Part shown: positions 31,934 through 42,443 of the stretch, piece after piece | How the letters are laid out: every line of letters begins with the position of its first letter | Numbering within the stretch: the first letter of the stretch is position 1 | NCBI GenBank assembly: GCA_965223005.1 | Contig: CBDCVK010000009.1 | Location: 32,001 to 96,000, forward strand | Source: Terriglobia bacterium | Lineage (GTDB): Bacteria > Acidobacteriota > Terriglobia > JAJPHL01 > JAPKYU01 | DNA: 64,000 bases | Reading direction: 5' to 3' | Made by a program: the position numbers and the translations under genes | Notes under the pieces: model-generated | Database searches by the model: none | What the model saw: the letters and a program-made list of their open reading frames with translations, nothing else | Told to the model about the DNA's origin: nothing

Positions 31934-33426
31934 CAGCCCGTGTCTAAAATCGCCAGATGGGGAAGAAACATGTTACTTCGGAAATGTTCTTACTTACAAT
32001 CGGGCCATGGCCATGGGAACGCGCAAGCATCGTCAGCGACAAGAGCCGCTGTGGTATCGGGCAGAGTTGGCCGAGGCGCCCGGACACCCGTTCTACCGGC
32101 GGCTGCACCAACTGTTGGAGGAAGCCGATTTTGATCGATTCTGCGAGAGTCGGTGCCGGCAGTTCTACCACGAGCGGCTGGGCCGACCGTCGTTGCCGCC
32201 GGGGATGTACTTCCGGTTGATGCTGATCGGCTTCTTCGAGGGGATCGACAGCGAGCGAGGCATCGCCTGGCGGGTGGCCGATTCCTTGAGTTTGCGGCAG
32301 TTTTTGCAGATTGGGCTGGATGAACAGACGCCGGATCATGTGACGATCTCGCGCACGCGGCGGCTGATGGACGAGCCGACGCACCAGGAAGTGTTTGGAT
32401 GGGTGCTGCGGCTGGTGGCCGAACGGGGCCTGCTGAAGGGCAAGACGATCGGCATTGACGCCACCACGCTGGAAGCCAACGCGGCCATGAGGTCGATCAT
32501 GCGGCGGGACAGCGGGGAAAGCTATACGGAGTACCTGAAGCGGTTGGCGGAGGCCGAAGGGATCGAAGCCCAGGATGCAGCGGCGCTGCGGAGGATGGAC
32601 CGCTGCCGACCGAAGAAGATGTCCAATGCGAAGTGGGTGAACCCACATGATCGGGAAGCGGAGATCACCCGGATGAAGGACGGGCGCACGGCACTGGCTT
32701 ACAAGGCCGAGCATGCGGTGGACATGGAGACTGGGGCGATTGTGGCGCTGACGGCGCACGGGGGAGCGACCGGCGACACGGAATCGGTTCAGCAGACCCT
32801 GCCGGCGGCCGGCGCGGCGGTGGGCGAGCAGATCGCGACACCCACGGCCGAAGGGGAGTTTGTGGTGAACGCAGACGGGGTGGAAGAGGTGGTGGCCGAC
32901 AAGGGGTATCACAGTGGGGAAGTGCTGGCAGAGATGCAGGCGATGGAGGTGCGGACCTACATTGCGGAGCCGGAGCGGGGACGGCGGCAATGGACGGGCA
33001 AGGAAGAGCAGAAGGCGGCGGTCTACCGCAATCGGCGGCGGGTGACGGGGCAGCGAGGGAAGGCGCTGCTGCGGAAACGTGGGGAGATGCTGGAGCGTCC
33101 GTTTGCGCACATGTATGAGACGGGCAGGATGAGACGCTTGTATGTCCGTGGGAAGATAAACGTGCAAAAGAAACTGTTGCTGCAGGCAGCAGCCTGCAAC
33201 CTGGCGCTAGTTTTGCGCCAGCTGCTGGGGGCGGGAACCCCGCGAGGCCTGCAAGACCGCATCACCGAGCTGTTTTTGCTCGTTTTCTGGATCACTGCCA
33301 CAAGAATGGCCCACCCCGAATCCCCCACGCCCCTATCCTGGTGCAACGGTCAAATTCACGGCTTTGCTCTTCACTTGCCCCGCCTGAAAAAGAGGCCGGC
33401 CCAAAGGCCGGTTTAGACACGGGCTG
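31934..33426 (+). mobile_element. Complete IS1182/IS5-superfamily insertion sequence
   Basis: Perfect 15-bp terminal IRs CAGCCCGTGTCTAAA (31934-31948) / TTTAGACACGGGCTG (33412-33426); 4-bp TSD CTAA (31930-31933 and 33427-33430). Confidence 0.92.
32007..33416 (+). CDS. IS1182-family DDE transposase
   Basis: GRPSLPP, PDHVTISRTR, IDATTLEANAAM, VADKGYHS and ERPFAH...NL. Confidence 0.92.
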   Translation: MAMGTRKHRQRQEPLWYRAELAEAPGHPFYRRLHQLLEEADFDRFCESRCRQFYHERLGRPSLPPGMYFRLMLIGFFEGIDSERGIAWRVADSLSLRQFLQIGLDEQTPDHVTISRTRRLMDEPTHQEVFGWVLRLVAERGLLKGKTIGIDATTLEANAAMRSIMRRDSGESYTEYLKRLAEAEGIEAQDAAALRRMDRCRPKKMSNAKWVNPHDREAEITRMKDGRTALAYKAEHAVDMETGAIVALTAHGGATGDTESVQQTLPAAGAAVGEQIATPTAEGEFVVNADGVEEVVADKGYHSGEVLAEMQAMEVRTYIAEPERGRRQWTGKEEQKAAVYRNRRRVTGQRGKALLRKRGEMLERPFAHMYETGRMRRLYVRGKINVQKKLLLQAAACNLALVLRQLLGAGTPRGLQDRITELFLLVFWITATRMAHPESPTPLSWCNGQIHGFALHLPRLKKRPAQRPV

Positions 33427-33449
33427 CTAAAGCCGCACAAAGCAAAACC

Positions 33450-34421
33450 ATGCTGACCACCTACCTGGAAGCCATCCGGCAGGGCCTGTGGGAAGAGATG
33501 GAGCGCGACCCGGACGTTTTTATTCTCGGCGAGGATGTCGGCGCCTACGGCGGCGCCTTCAAGATTACTGCCGGGATGCTGGAACGCTTCGGGGCACGGC
33601 GCGTGATTGACACACCCATCTCGGAGTCGGCCATTGTGGGGTCCAGCGTTGGGGCGGCCCTGCTGGGCCTGCGCCCGGTGGCTGAGATGCAGTTTGCCGA
33701 CTTTGTCTCCTGCGCCTACGACCAGTTAGTAAACTTCGCCGCCAAGTGCCGCTATCGCTGGGGTGCCGGCGTGCCCATGGTGGTCCGCGGGCCCTCCGGG
33801 GGCGGCATCCACGGCGGGCCGTTCCATTCGCAGAATCCGGAAATGGCCTTCGTGCACACGCCGGGACTGAAAGTAGTTGCGCCGGCCACGCCCTACGACG
33901 CGCGCGGCCTGATCAAGTCGGCCATCCGGGACAACGATCCGGTGCTGTTCTTCGAGCACAAGTTGCTCTACCGAAGCGTTAAGGAGGAATTGCCCGAGCC
34001 CGAGTACCTGGTGCCGATCGGCAAGGCGGCACTGCGTCGCACGGGCCGAGACATCTCCGTGATCACCTACGGAGCCATGGTGCACGTGGCCCTGCGGGCC
34101 GCCGAGACGCTGGCCAAGGAAAAGATTGAGATCGAGGTGCTGGACCTGCGCACCCTGGTCCCGCTGGATGAGGAGACTGTGCTGGAGAGTGTGCGGCGCA
34201 CCAACAAGGTTGTGCTGCTGCACGAAGATACCCGGCTCGGCGGTCTGGCCGGCGAACTGGCGGCGATCATTTCGGAGAAGGCTTTCGAATCCCTGGACGG
34301 TCCCATCCGCCGCATCACTGCTCCTGACACTCCGGTGCCCTATAGCCCGCCGCTGGAAAAGGCGTTCCTGCCCAACGAACAAGACGTGATTCGCGCCTGC
34401 CGGGAGCTCTCTGCCTACTGA
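33450..34421 (+). CDS. 2-oxoacid dehydrogenase E1 beta
   Basis: LGEDVGAYGGAF, DTPISESAI, EMQFADF, HSQNPE, FFEHKLLY and DLRTLVPLD. Confidence 0.93.
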   Translation: MLTTYLEAIRQGLWEEMERDPDVFILGEDVGAYGGAFKITAGMLERFGARRVIDTPISESAIVGSSVGAALLGLRPVAEMQFADFVSCAYDQLVNFAAKCRYRWGAGVPMVVRGPSGGGIHGGPFHSQNPEMAFVHTPGLKVVAPATPYDARGLIKSAIRDNDPVLFFEHKLLYRSVKEELPEPEYLVPIGKAALRRTGRDISVITYGAMVHVALRAAETLAKEKIEIEVLDLRTLVPLDEETVLESVRRTNKVVLLHEDTRLGGLAGELAAIISEKAFESLDGPIRRITAPDTPVPYSPPLEKAFLPNEQDVIRACRELSAY

Positions 34422-34465
34422 GGCTGCTTCTGGTTCCAGAACCTCCGAATAGAAAGGACAGCACA

Positions 34466-34957
34466 ATGGCCAAACCGGTGAAACCCATTCCCGAAGGCTT
34501 TCACACGCTCACACCCCACCTGGTGGTGCGCGACGCTTCGCAGGCTATTGAGTTTTACAAACGGGCGTTCGGCGCCGAGGTGCTCAGCATCAATCACGGG
34601 CCGGAAGGGAAAAGCGTCATGCACGCGGAGGTGAAGATCCGAGATTCCATTCTCATGCTGATCGACGAGCTCCCGGCGTGGAAGACCCTCTCCCCACTGT
34701 CGCTGGGCGGCACCGGGGTGACGATTCACATGTACGTCGAGGATGCAGACGCCGCCTTCGAGCAGGCTGTTTCGGCCGGGGCCACCGTGGGGATGCCCTT
34801 GATGGACGCGTTTTGGGGCGACCGCTACGGCACGCTGGTGGACCCCTTCGGTCACCAGTGGTCGCTGGCCACTCACAAAGAGGACCTCTCCCCGGAGGAG
34901 ATCAAGAAACGCGGCGAAGCTTTCTTTGCAGGGATGGCCAAGCAGGGGCAGAAATAG
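34466..34957 (+). CDS. VOC family protein (PhnB-like)
   Basis: PIPEGFHTLTPHL, AIEFYKRAFGA and FWGDRYGTLVDPFGHQW. Confidence 0.9.
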   Translation: MAKPVKPIPEGFHTLTPHLVVRDASQAIEFYKRAFGAEVLSINHGPEGKSVMHAEVKIRDSILMLIDELPAWKTLSPLSLGGTGVTIHMYVEDADAAFEQAVSAGATVGMPLMDAFWGDRYGTLVDPFGHQWSLATHKEDLSPEEIKKRGEAFFAGMAKQGQK

Positions 34958-35003
34958 CCAAGCAAAGGCAAGAAGGAATAGCCAAGCAACGGCAAGAGGA
35001 TAA
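34937..35003. repeat. Three imperfect ~22-24 bp direct repeats overlapping the VOC stop codon
   Basis: GCCAAGCAGGGGCAGAAATA / GCCAAGCAAAGGCAAGAAGGAATA / GCCAAGCAACGGCAAGAGGATAA. Confidence 0.7.
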
Positions 35004-35450
35004 ATCCTGACTCTTGCAGGTTTCCGCAGAAAATCTCAGGCCTGTGCGCTTGGAAACTCAGATACTCCCCCGGCGTCCTGCTCCCCTCTAACGCTTCTTT
35101 AGCTTGAAGAGACAGGCTCAAGAGGCAGGGCCGCTCCCCCTGGTCGCGCAGCGGAAGCCATCCGGTTTTACTCCCCTGGTGCTTGGGGTGTTGGCAAGAG
35201 AGGCCCAATATCTAGGGCCCTACCCCTGAGAGCGCAACCAGATGTGCCGCAAAAACCCGCAGAACAGCCAAAGAAGCTGGGACGAAACCCGAAGATCCCC
35301 GCACAACTGCGGCCTGATGGTTCTTGACAGCGTTACAACGTAGGTGGGACGATACGTTTCGGTTGGGTCCCCTTTGCCTGAGGGAGTTGGGGTGTCATTG
35401 AGACTTGGCTAGCAGCTGGAGAGAGGCCGGAGCAAAGGGGTTGCTTAGTT

Positions 35451-35732
35451 ATGCCTGCACCGCCAGAGGTCATGAACATACGCCAGGCTTCTCAATACCT
35501 GGGGATTTCCCGGGATACCTTGTATCGATATGTCGCCGAGGAGAAGATTCCCGGCTTCAAGCTTGGCAACCGGTGGAAATTCAAGAAGACAACCATGGAC
35601 CGGTGGATGGAGAAGCAGAGCCTGGCGACAAGGCGGAGGCAGATGGCCCGCGAAGTGGCGGGCAAACCAGAGGCGGCGGCTAGCGTGCGAGACGGCAGCA
35701 AGCGTTACGCGGCTGCCCGGCGCCTGCTATAG
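35451..35732 (+). CDS. Excisionase-like HTH DNA-binding protein leading the pil operon
   Basis: VMNIRQASQYLGISRDTLYRYV...IPGFKLGNRWKF (HTH_17 pattern). Confidence 0.85.
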   Translation: MPAPPEVMNIRQASQYLGISRDTLYRYVAEEKIPGFKLGNRWKFKKTTMDRWMEKQSLATRRRQMAREVAGKPEAAASVRDGSKRYAAARRLL

Positions 35733-35822
35733 CGGGTGCAGTGAGCCATGAGGGCCGGGTCGAGGGCCGCAAACGCGGCCAGGATGGCTGCGGCGGTGGC
35801 TGACGGCGAGTAGGAGTGAGCC

Positions 35823-36881
35823 ATGTTCGGATTTAGCAAAGGCAAGCAGGTCGTAGGACTGGACATTGGGTCCAGTGCCCTAAAAGCGGTGGAGTTGAAA
35901 AAGAGTGGTAAGGAGCTTGTTGTCGACAAGGTAGCCGTGGAGCCCCTGGCCCCGGAAATTCTGGTGGAGGGGGCCATTGTAGATACGGTCGCGGTGTCGA
36001 ACTCCATTGTCAGGATGTTCACTGAGCATAAGATCAAGACGAAAAACGTGGCCACCAGTGTGAGTGGCCACTCGGTCATCGTCAAGCGCCTATCCATGCC
36101 CCCTCTGGCCGAGGAGGAAGTGGCGGAACAGATCCAGTCGGAAGCCTCCCAGCACATCCCCTTCGACATCGCCGAGGTGAACCTGGATTGGGACATACTC
36201 TCCGCGGATGCGTCGGCCGGCGGCATGGACGTGCTGCTGGTAGCCGCCAAGAGGGACAAGATCCTGAATTATACGAACGTGTTGAGCCAGGCAGCCCGGA
36301 CTCCGGCGATCGTGGACGTGGACGCGTTTGCCTTGCAAAACGCCTTTGAGTACAACTACGAGCCGCCGAGCAACCAGACCGTGGCGTTGCTCAACATTGG
36401 CGCCAGCGTGATGAATATCAACATCGTCCACGGAACCGTTCCCTTATTCACCCGCGATGTGAGCATCGGCGGCAATCAGTACACCGACTCTCTGCAAAAA
36501 GAGCTGGACCTCAGCTTCGAGGATGCCGAGCAGGTGAAGATGGGACAGGGCGTGCCAGGGGTCAGCGAGGAGGCGCGGCTACCTGTGCTGCGGTCCGTTT
36601 CCGAGCTGATCATCCTGGAAATCCAAAAGACGTTCGATTTCTTCCGGGCCACTGCTGCTGGCGAGCACATTCAGAAGATTCATCTGGCGGGCGGATCAGC
36701 CAGAGTGCCGGGCTTGATAGACGTGTTGAGGGAGGAGTTTTCCATTCCGGTGGACGAGTTGAACCCGTTCCGCAAGTTGGGGTACGACGTGGGGGGACCG
36801 CACGGCGATCTGATCGCAGAAAACCAGCCGCGACTGGCCGTCGCTGTGGGGCTGGCCCTGAGGAGTTTTGAAAACCTATGA
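35823..36881 (+). CDS. pilM: Type IV pilus assembly protein PilM
   Basis: VGLDIGSSALKAVEL, SVSGHSVIVK, LNIGASVMN, LAGGSARVPGL and AVAVGLALR. Confidence 0.93.
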   Translation: MFGFSKGKQVVGLDIGSSALKAVELKKSGKELVVDKVAVEPLAPEILVEGAIVDTVAVSNSIVRMFTEHKIKTKNVATSVSGHSVIVKRLSMPPLAEEEVAEQIQSEASQHIPFDIAEVNLDWDILSADASAGGMDVLLVAAKRDKILNYTNVLSQAARTPAIVDVDAFALQNAFEYNYEPPSNQTVALLNIGASVMNINIVHGTVPLFTRDVSIGGNQYTDSLQKELDLSFEDAEQVKMGQGVPGVSEEARLPVLRSVSELIILEIQKTFDFFRATAAGEHIQKIHLAGGSARVPGLIDVLREEFSIPVDELNPFRKLGYDVGGPHGDLIAENQPRLAVAVGLALRSFENL

Positions 36882-37495
36882 TCCGCATCAACCTGTTGGG
36901 AATCAGGAAGGAGGTAGCCCGTGCCCCGGCGGTCAGCGTCGAAGGGGCCAAGCTGACGGTTTTGCTCGTGATCGTGCTGGTGGCGGCGGTGGGTGTGCTG
37001 GTCGTGGACTGGCAGAGGATTTCTAGCCAGAAGGCGAAGTTGGACAAGCGAAAGGCGGACGCCCAGACCGAGAAGGCACGCCTGGAAGGGGTCAAGCGGC
37101 AGTATGGCCAGAACTTGCAGAATAAACAGACGCTTGAACAACGCATCAACATCATTCAGGAGTTGGAGAATAAAAAGACCGGTCCGGTGAGACTGCTCAA
37201 CACGGTGGTCAACACAGTCGAGCTCAGCACCGTCGAGGACAACAAGCACCTCTGGCTGACCAGTTTCTCGAGCAGAGACGGTCGGGTCGACATGGGCGGG
37301 ATGGCAGACAGCGTCAAGACTGTGGCCAACTTCATTACGAACCTGCAGAGCAGCGGCCGGTTCAAGAGTGTGGAAATCCGGGAGTCCTACCAGCAGAATC
37401 TCGCCAAGGACTTTCCCACTTTTGTCTTTTCCCTCAACGCCGACCTGGCGCCGCTCACTACGCCCGACGCAGACGGCACGGCGGGAATGCAGTAG
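36878..37495 (+). CDS. pilN: Type IV pilus assembly protein PilN
   Basis: MIRINLL motif, TM helix, coiled coil; follows pilM. Confidence 0.88.
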   Translation: MIRINLLGIRKEVARAPAVSVEGAKLTVLLVIVLVAAVGVLVVDWQRISSQKAKLDKRKADAQTEKARLEGVKRQYGQNLQNKQTLEQRINIIQELENKKTGPVRLLNTVVNTVELSTVEDNKHLWLTSFSSRDGRVDMGGMADSVKTVANFITNLQSSGRFKSVEIRESYQQNLAKDFPTFVFSLNADLAPLTTPDADGTAGMQ

Positions 37496-37548
37496 CAGCC
37501 GGGCCCGGCGGGCCAGGGGCTGCGGGGCCAGACAAGGGGCCAACAGAT

Positions 37549-38196
37549 ATGAAGAGTTTTAGCGAGTTCTCCTTCGGACAGCAATTGGGCATCATGCTCG
37601 GGGCCGCCGCCCTCATTGTGGTCACCGGTGAGTTCCTTTACTTCCCCCCAACGGACAGTCTGAACGTGCGGCGCGAGGCCAACCAAGCGCTGGAAGAAAA
37701 CGTAAAGAAGCAGGAAGAAGCCAATGAGGCGTTAAGGCAGTGGGAGCCAAAGCTTAAGGATCTCATGGCGGAGAATAAACAGCTGGAAGCTAAGCTAGCG
37801 ACCCTCCGCGGGATCGTTCCTGAAGAGAAGAAGGCCGATGAGTACATCCGGTTGGTGCAGGACACTGCGTCACAGTCGGGAGTCAATCTTCGCCGCTTTA
37901 CCGCCAGGGGAGAGGTTCCTAGGGAGCTCTATGTCGAGGTGCCTTTTGACCTGGGTCTGGACGGCACTTACTTCACGGTGTTGGACTACTTTGGGCGTCT
38001 GAGCCGTGCCGGCCGCGTTGTCAATGTGAGCAACCTGCGCATAGGTCCCGTCGGCTCCGGCGGCGGTGGGAAATACACTATCACGCCGAACGAGACCGTT
38101 GTGGTGACCTGTACGGCTACGACATTTTACCAGCCTCAGTCACCCCCCCCCGCCGGGTCAGTAGAGGACAGCGAGTTATGCCTAACACGCGTTTGA
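37549..38196 (+). CDS. pilO: Type IV pilus assembly protein PilO
   Basis: TM helix plus coiled coil, VPEEKKADEY, GTYFTVLDYFGRLSRAGRVVNV; 3' end may be shifted at a C9 run. Confidence 0.85.
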   Translation: MKSFSEFSFGQQLGIMLGAAALIVVTGEFLYFPPTDSLNVRREANQALEENVKKQEEANEALRQWEPKLKDLMAENKQLEAKLATLRGIVPEEKKADEYIRLVQDTASQSGVNLRRFTARGEVPRELYVEVPFDLGLDGTYFTVLDYFGRLSRAGRVVNVSNLRIGPVGSGGGGKYTITPNETVVVTCTATTFYQPQSPPPAGSVEDSELCLTRV

Positions 38197-38720
38197 TGAC
38201 ATTGGCTCTGATAGTGGTGTTTGGGGTGGCTTTGGCTGCCTTGGCCCAAAACCCGCAGACCCGTGGCCTGGGCCAGGCAGCCAAAGCGAAGACACCTGGG
38301 GCGGGGGCGACCAAGTCGAAAGCCCCGGCGACCGCGTCCCAAGCAAAAGGGTTGGCGGCACCCGCATCGAAACGCCCGGCTTCGGAATCCGGTGACCGGC
38401 GAGACCCATTTGTCAGCACTGTCCGGCCGGACAAAACAGGCCAGCTTCCGATCCATGACTGTCCCCCCGGTGTTCGCAGCATCCTCGTCGGGCAGGCGGA
38501 ACTGGACGGAGTGGTCCAGACTCCTGCCGACATGATCGCCGTGATCACGACCAGCAATACTGGACGCACCTATTTCCTACGCGAAGGAACGACACTGTGC
38601 AACGGGCGCGTGCTGCAGATCACCCCCGACTCCATTGTCTTTGAGGAAAGCGTGCTTGACCTAAGCGGCAAGCTCGAAAAGCGGGAGGTAATTAAAAAAA
38701 TACCCGCCGAAGCAATTTAA
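38178..38720 (+). CDS. pilP: PilP-like protein
   Basis: Signal peptide, RRDPF motif, position between pilO and pilQ. Confidence 0.7.
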   Translation: MPNTRLMTLALIVVFGVALAALAQNPQTRGLGQAAKAKTPGAGATKSKAPATASQAKGLAAPASKRPASESGDRRDPFVSTVRPDKTGQLPIHDCPPGVRSILVGQAELDGVVQTPADMIAVITTSNTGRTYFLREGTTLCNGRVLQITPDSIVFEESVLDLSGKLEKREVIKKIPAEAI

Positions 38721-38778
38721 GGTGGGCGCCACCGATTTCGTCTTAAAGTGACAGGGATGGGGCAGGAGTAATAACGCA

Positions 38779-41305
38779 ATGAACCTGACACCTCGTTCTG
38801 GTTTCTCCACTCTGGTTGTGAGCAGCATGGCGTTGCTGCTGGGATTGGCACAGCCCAATTTTGCCACTGCGGATAACGAGGCGAGCGCGCCGGCACCGGC
38901 GCCCGTCTTGCAATTGGGCGCGGTGCGCGCCGCCGTTTCTTCCCAGGCCGCCATCCTCACTTTGGAAGTCAGTGGAGAGTTTACTTATTCGCCCCGCACG
39001 TCCGGGGAGCAGCTGGTTTTCGTGGATTTGCCCGGCGTTGTTTCCACGCGGCCTCCCGACAGCCACCTGTTGCCCTCCAACCTGGTTTCCAGCTATCGGG
39101 TAGTGCCATACTTCCACGAGGGGCAGCGCGGCGCCCGGCTGGAGGTCTTACTCAAGCAGCCGGTCAAAGTCAGTTACCAGCAAAATCCGGGCGCGTTGCA
39201 GGTTACGTTTGTGTCTCGGAGCACGCCAGCAGCGGTCCCTGGCACCCACGAAGCACCGCCGCCGGCGGTAGCGAGGGCGGAAAGGCCAGCAACCACACCG
39301 TTGGCGCTGCGCACTAGAGGGAATGCAGTTGAAAAGGTGACGTTTGCTCGCGATGGGGGCAAGTTGCGCGTCCTGATCCGTGCCAACGGCGCGGTCGAGT
39401 ACCGCTCTTTCCGATTGGAGAACCCGCCAAGGCTGGTGGTGGACATTCCTCAGACCGCGAACCGTGCCGGCCACCGCCAGATCCAGGTAGGGACGCCCCC
39501 GCTGCAAAGGATCCGGGTCGCCCAGTTTCGCAACGATCCTCCCATTTCCCGAGTGGTCATGGACCTGGATACGATGACGCCTTACAAAGTGCACCGCCGC
39601 GGTCATGTCGTGGAGGTGGAACTGGAAGCTCCGGGAGCGAAGACGGGGCATGCGCGAGGGGCAAAAGCGGAGCCCGCGAAAAGCTCCGCGGTGGCTCTGC
39701 CGGAGGCTGCCGTAGCCACTGCAAACCTCAGCCGTCCGGCCGCGGCGCCACCCGCGCCGCCACCCGCATCTGAGAAGGCACCCGAAGTGGAGGCGTTGCC
39801 CTTGCTCGATAAGCTGGTGGGCCGCCTGCCCGTGCTGGCTGCGGCTCGGCCAACGATAGCCCCGCCCCCACCGCCTGCCGCCGGTTCCGCCGTGGCGTTG
39901 GACCATGCGGAGACGGCCGCCCTTAGACCCGGCGAACGCGGCAGCGGCGACACTGCCTACGCCGTCAGCTCCCACCGCTGGTTTTGCCTCCCAGGAGGCT
40001 CCAGCCGCCGAACAACAGCCACCGCCGGTTCCCATGCAGCAGGAGCCCATGCCGGGACCGCGCTATACCGGTGAGCCGATTTCGGTGAACCTCAAAGACG
40101 TGGACCTGAAGGACTTCTTCCGGCTCATGCACGAGATCAGCGGGCTGAATGTTGTGCTGGATCCCGCGGTGTCCGGCAGGGTTACCATTGTGCTGGAAGA
40201 TGTGCCCTGGGACCAGGCTCTGGATATCGTGCTGCGGAACAATGGCTTGGACAAGCAACTGGAAGGCAACGTGCTCCGCATTGCGCGCCGCTCAACCTTG
40301 CAGCAGGAGGAAGAGGAAGTCCTGGCCCTGGAACAGGCCCGGCAGTCCGCCGTCGAGCGGGTCACGGTGCTGCGGACCCTGAATTACTCCCGTTCCGGAA
40401 CGATGACGCAGACGCTGTCCAAGTTCCGCTCACCCAGAGGTGAGATCATCTCCGACGAGCGGACCAATACGCTGATTATCACCGACATCCCGCAGGTGAT
40501 CCCCGTTATGGATGACATTATCCGGCAACTGGACCAGCGCTCGGTGCAGGTCCAGATTGAGGCGCGCATTGTAGCCGCCTCGCGGGGCTTCGCACGCGAA
40601 TTGGGTGCGCAGTTCGGCTTCCTATACAGCCCACGCGTCAGCGGGCGCACGGTGATCCAAGGCAGCCCCTTTTCACAGAGCCCCCTCTCCGTAACGACTT
40701 CGGGGCCGTCACGCTTCGCCGTAGAAGGGGATCAGCTGCCCCTTTTCTCCAACTTCCCGGCCGCCGGTGCCACCACGGGCCTCGCGCTCATTCATCGCAC
40801 CCCGAGTACGGCCATCGACTTCATCATCTCGGCGGCGGAAACCAAGTCGCTCGGGAAGCTGCTTTCCAAGCCCACCCTGATCACCCAGAACAACGTCCAG
40901 GCGACGGTCTCGCAGGGCCTGCAAATCCCGATCCAGACGACCATCAACAACACCATCAGCGTGCAGCTCACGCCGGTCACCCTGCAGCTCACGGTGCGCC
41001 CGCAGGTGACGGATGAGGGAACCATCTTCCTGAGCATAAACGTGTCCAACAACACCATTGCCGCCGGCATCCCGCGGATCAACGGCATCCCGGCACTCAC
41101 AACGCAAGAGGCTACCACCGAGGTGCTGGTCGACAACGGTGGCACGGTGGTGTTCGGGGGCGTCATCCAAAACCAGAGCAACCTGACGATCGAGCAGGTA
41201 CCCCTCCTGGGCAGCATCCCGGTGATTGGCCACCTGTTCAAGCGCACCGGCGTATCCACCGAGACCAACGAATTGCTCTTCTTCATCACGCCTAAGATCG
41301 TCTAG
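38779..41305 (+). CDS. pilQ: Type IV pilus secretin PilQ with AMIN domains, split by an apparent +1 frameshift near 39930
   Basis: ORF 38779-40074 has a signal peptide and AMIN repeats (LENPPRLVVDIP). Overlapping ORF 39905-41305 has YTGEPISVNLKDVDL, VPWDQALD and VPLLGSIPVIGHLFK...FFITPKIV. Confidence 0.88.
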
Positions 41306-41375
41306 CAGGAGAATCCATTCGGGCCGGGAGGGACCTGCCTCCCGGCTCGGAGTTCGCGATCCGACGTCCGACTCC

Positions 41376-42443
41376 GTGAACCAACCCGCGCGCCTCAGCG
41401 CCCTACGCTTTCGGCTGGCCCGAGCTCAAGTGGATTGCCTGCTAGTAAGCCAGCAGGCCAACATCTTTTACCTTACCGGATTTACCGGCAGCGCCGGCCT
41501 CCTGCTGGTGGACGAGCGCAGCTCCACCCTTTACACGGATGGCCGCTACGCGCTGCAGGCGGATCAAGAAGTGCGCGGTTCACAGGTGGTGATTGTGAGT
41601 TCAGGTACGACCAGGGCGGCCCTGAGCCGGGCCCGGCGCTGGCGCCGGGTCGGGTTTGAGGCTTCGGCGGACTACCGGCTGTATCGCCTGCTGGCCGAGG
41701 GAGTAGGGATCGAGCGACTGCGGTACTGCGAAAACGCTGTCGAACAGCTCCGCCTGATTAAGGACGAGCAGGAGCTGGAACAGATTCGCCGCTCCGTGGC
41801 TCTCAACTCGCGCGTGTTTCAGGAAACGGTGGCCTTGCTACGCCCCGGCCTAACGGAGCAGGAAGTGGCGGCCGAACTGGAGTACCGAATGAGGCGCTGC
41901 GGGGCCCAACAGGCGGCCTTTGAAACCATCGTGGCGGGCGGCCCGCGTTCCGCCTGGCCCCACGCCCGGGCCAGCTTGCGGCCGCTGGGGAAAAAGGAAT
42001 TTTTGCTTCTGGACCACGGTGCTATACTGGCGAATTACGCCAGCGATATGACACGGACCGTTTATCTGGGGACCGCAAACCGCAGGGCACAAGCGCTTTA
42101 CCGCGTGGTGAAGGAGGCGCAAGAACGGGCCATTGCTGCCGTGCGGACTGGCGCCTCTTGCTCGGCGGTGGACCGTGCAGCTCGCCAATACATCGCCCGG
42201 TGCGGCTACGGGGAGCACTTTCCCCACAGTACGGGACACGGCTTGGGGATCCAGGTGCACGAGATGCCTGGCATCGCGGCACGGGAAAAAACAAAGCTGC
42301 CGGCGGGAGCCGTCATCACCATCGAACCCGGAGTGTATGTTCCAGGTTACGGGGGGGTTCGCATCGAGGATGTCGTCGTGGTGCGCAACCAGGGTGCAGA
42401 GGTGTTGACCCCCACCCCGAAGGAGCTCCTACAAATCGAATGA
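41376..42443 (+). CDS. Xaa-Pro aminopeptidase (M24B)
   Basis: YLTGFTGS, TDGRY, YASDMTRT, HSTGHGLGIQVHE and TIEPGVY...GGVRIED. Confidence 0.92.
   Translation: MNQPARLSALRFRLARAQVDCLLVSQQANIFYLTGFTGSAGLLLVDERSSTLYTDGRYALQADQEVRGSQVVIVSSGTTRAALSRARRWRRVGFEASADYRLYRLLAEGVGIERLRYCENAVEQLRLIKDEQELEQIRRSVALNSRVFQETVALLRPGLTEQEVAAELEYRMRRCGAQQAAFETIVAGGPRSAWPHARASLRPLGKKEFLLLDHGAILANYASDMTRTVYLGTANRRAQALYRVVKEAQERAIAAVRTGASCSAVDRAARQYIARCGYGEHFPHSTGHGLGIQVHEMPGIAAREKTKLPAGAVITIEPGVYVPGYGGVRIEDVVVVRNQGAEVLTPTPKELLQIE

Noticed and set aside
35451-35732. Prophage excisionase marking a prophage
   Set aside because: No integrase, att site or phage genes nearby; it is embedded before pilM.
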